From contig CAJINV010000001.1 in assembly GCA_905178155.1 (NCBI GenBank), positions 10,197,432 to 10,261,431 on the forward strand: DNA of 64,000 nucleotides. The letters are read 5' to 3'. Source of the stretch: Amoebophrya sp. A120. Its lineage: Eukaryota > Protista > Dinoflagellata. Both the position numbers and the translations under genes were made by a program. Shown piece by piece: positions 63,301 through 64,000 of the stretch. The notes below the pieces were generated by a model that searched no databases, was not told the DNA's origin, and saw nothing but the letters and a program-made list of their open reading frames with translations. The stretch's first letter is position 1, and every line of letters starts with the position of its first letter.

Positions 63301-63602
63301 CCTGTTTTACTGTTGTTTACCCTATATTTCTTTGCATTAGAGCAGGCACTCGTACTGTGATAAGAAGATAGTGATTTTTGATGATCAAGTTCTTCACAGC
63401 GAGCGCGAAATTCTTTCGATCTTGTCATGATCCAACAGACGTCGATCCCAACCTGCAGCAGCAAAAGGGCGCGTTACCGAGCGGCCTGAGCAGTGCGAAA
63501 CACCGGCAGTCTGTCCATAGCTCGTTTCAATGCAAAAACAAGCGGCGGAGCTCCGGCGTGAGCTTTGCGGAAAACCCTGTGGAGGTTGACGACTCGGACT
63601 AG
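60400..63602 (+). CDS. NIPP1/PPP1R8-like protein (degenerate FHA plus RVxF-type motif) with a long S/G-rich N-terminus; exons ~60400-61964, 62185-62339, 62459-62633, 62870-63297, ~63400-63602
   Basis: FLPPRWCEPP...IGSDAKTCDVVVPGL|AKEHCALVYHRSG resembles the NIPP1 FHA region (CD..+DH.S.SRVHAALVYH); C-terminal KNKRRSSGVSFAE resembles KRKRKNSRVTFSE. Start codon and last acceptor uncertain. Confidence 0.55.
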
Positions 63603-64000
63603 GATTCGCCCGCAGAGCAACAAGGCGTTAGCCACTGCCCTGGACTGCTGGTGAAGCCACTTCCCTGGTGCAGCTTCATGAGACTGCCAGGCCGACGTTA
63701 CGTGGCATCGATCACCTTGACGAGGATTTGCTACACCTACTATACCATTATCATGTTCTTTTCCCGATAAGAGCTCGCGCACCTTTACAGAAGGCGCTCT
63801 CACGGCGACAATGCAAATCCTGATTTCGACTAGGAATTGTAGCGACAAAATCGAGCAAGCATTTTGATTTTGGTGTTAGAAATTGCCACTGTTTGAACTA
63901 GTTGGTGAGAACACTGCGAACATGTCTAAGTCGTGTTTTTTCTGTTCTGCTTTAGTAAGAAACCCAAACACAATTGTCAGCTGTCAACACTGTCGTACTC

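Overview
Eukaryotic, gene-dense window. About 16 protein-coding genes are supported, all on the + strand; the architecture strongly resembles the parasitic dinoflagellate Amoebophrya (Syndiniales), an inference. Recognisable genes: a CorA/MRS2-family Mg2+ transporter (3' part), UCHL5/UCH37, a NEK10-like kinase, a ZNHIT2-like protein, a TPT/SLC35E-type transporter, SF3B1, an EF-hand protein, a NIPP1-like FHA/RVxF protein, a PAN/apple-like secreted protein and a ~2300-aa repeat-rich type I membrane protein. Two intron classes co-exist: ~35 ordinary GT-AG introns and 10 non-canonical MITE-like 'introner' introns. The introners have terminal inverted repeats (consensus TAT...ATA) and 5-nt flanking direct repeats, and removing each one restores the reading frame. 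Most interesting: nearly all introners can present a GT/GC 5' end but then lack a 3' AG, and the SF3B1 encoded here (itself interrupted by an introner) has Asp at the positions matching the human cancer hotspots G740 and G742, where mutations alter 3' splice-site choice. This suggests a co-adapted, hairpin-guided splicing system (hypothesis). All gene models were built by eye and need RNA-seq confirmation.
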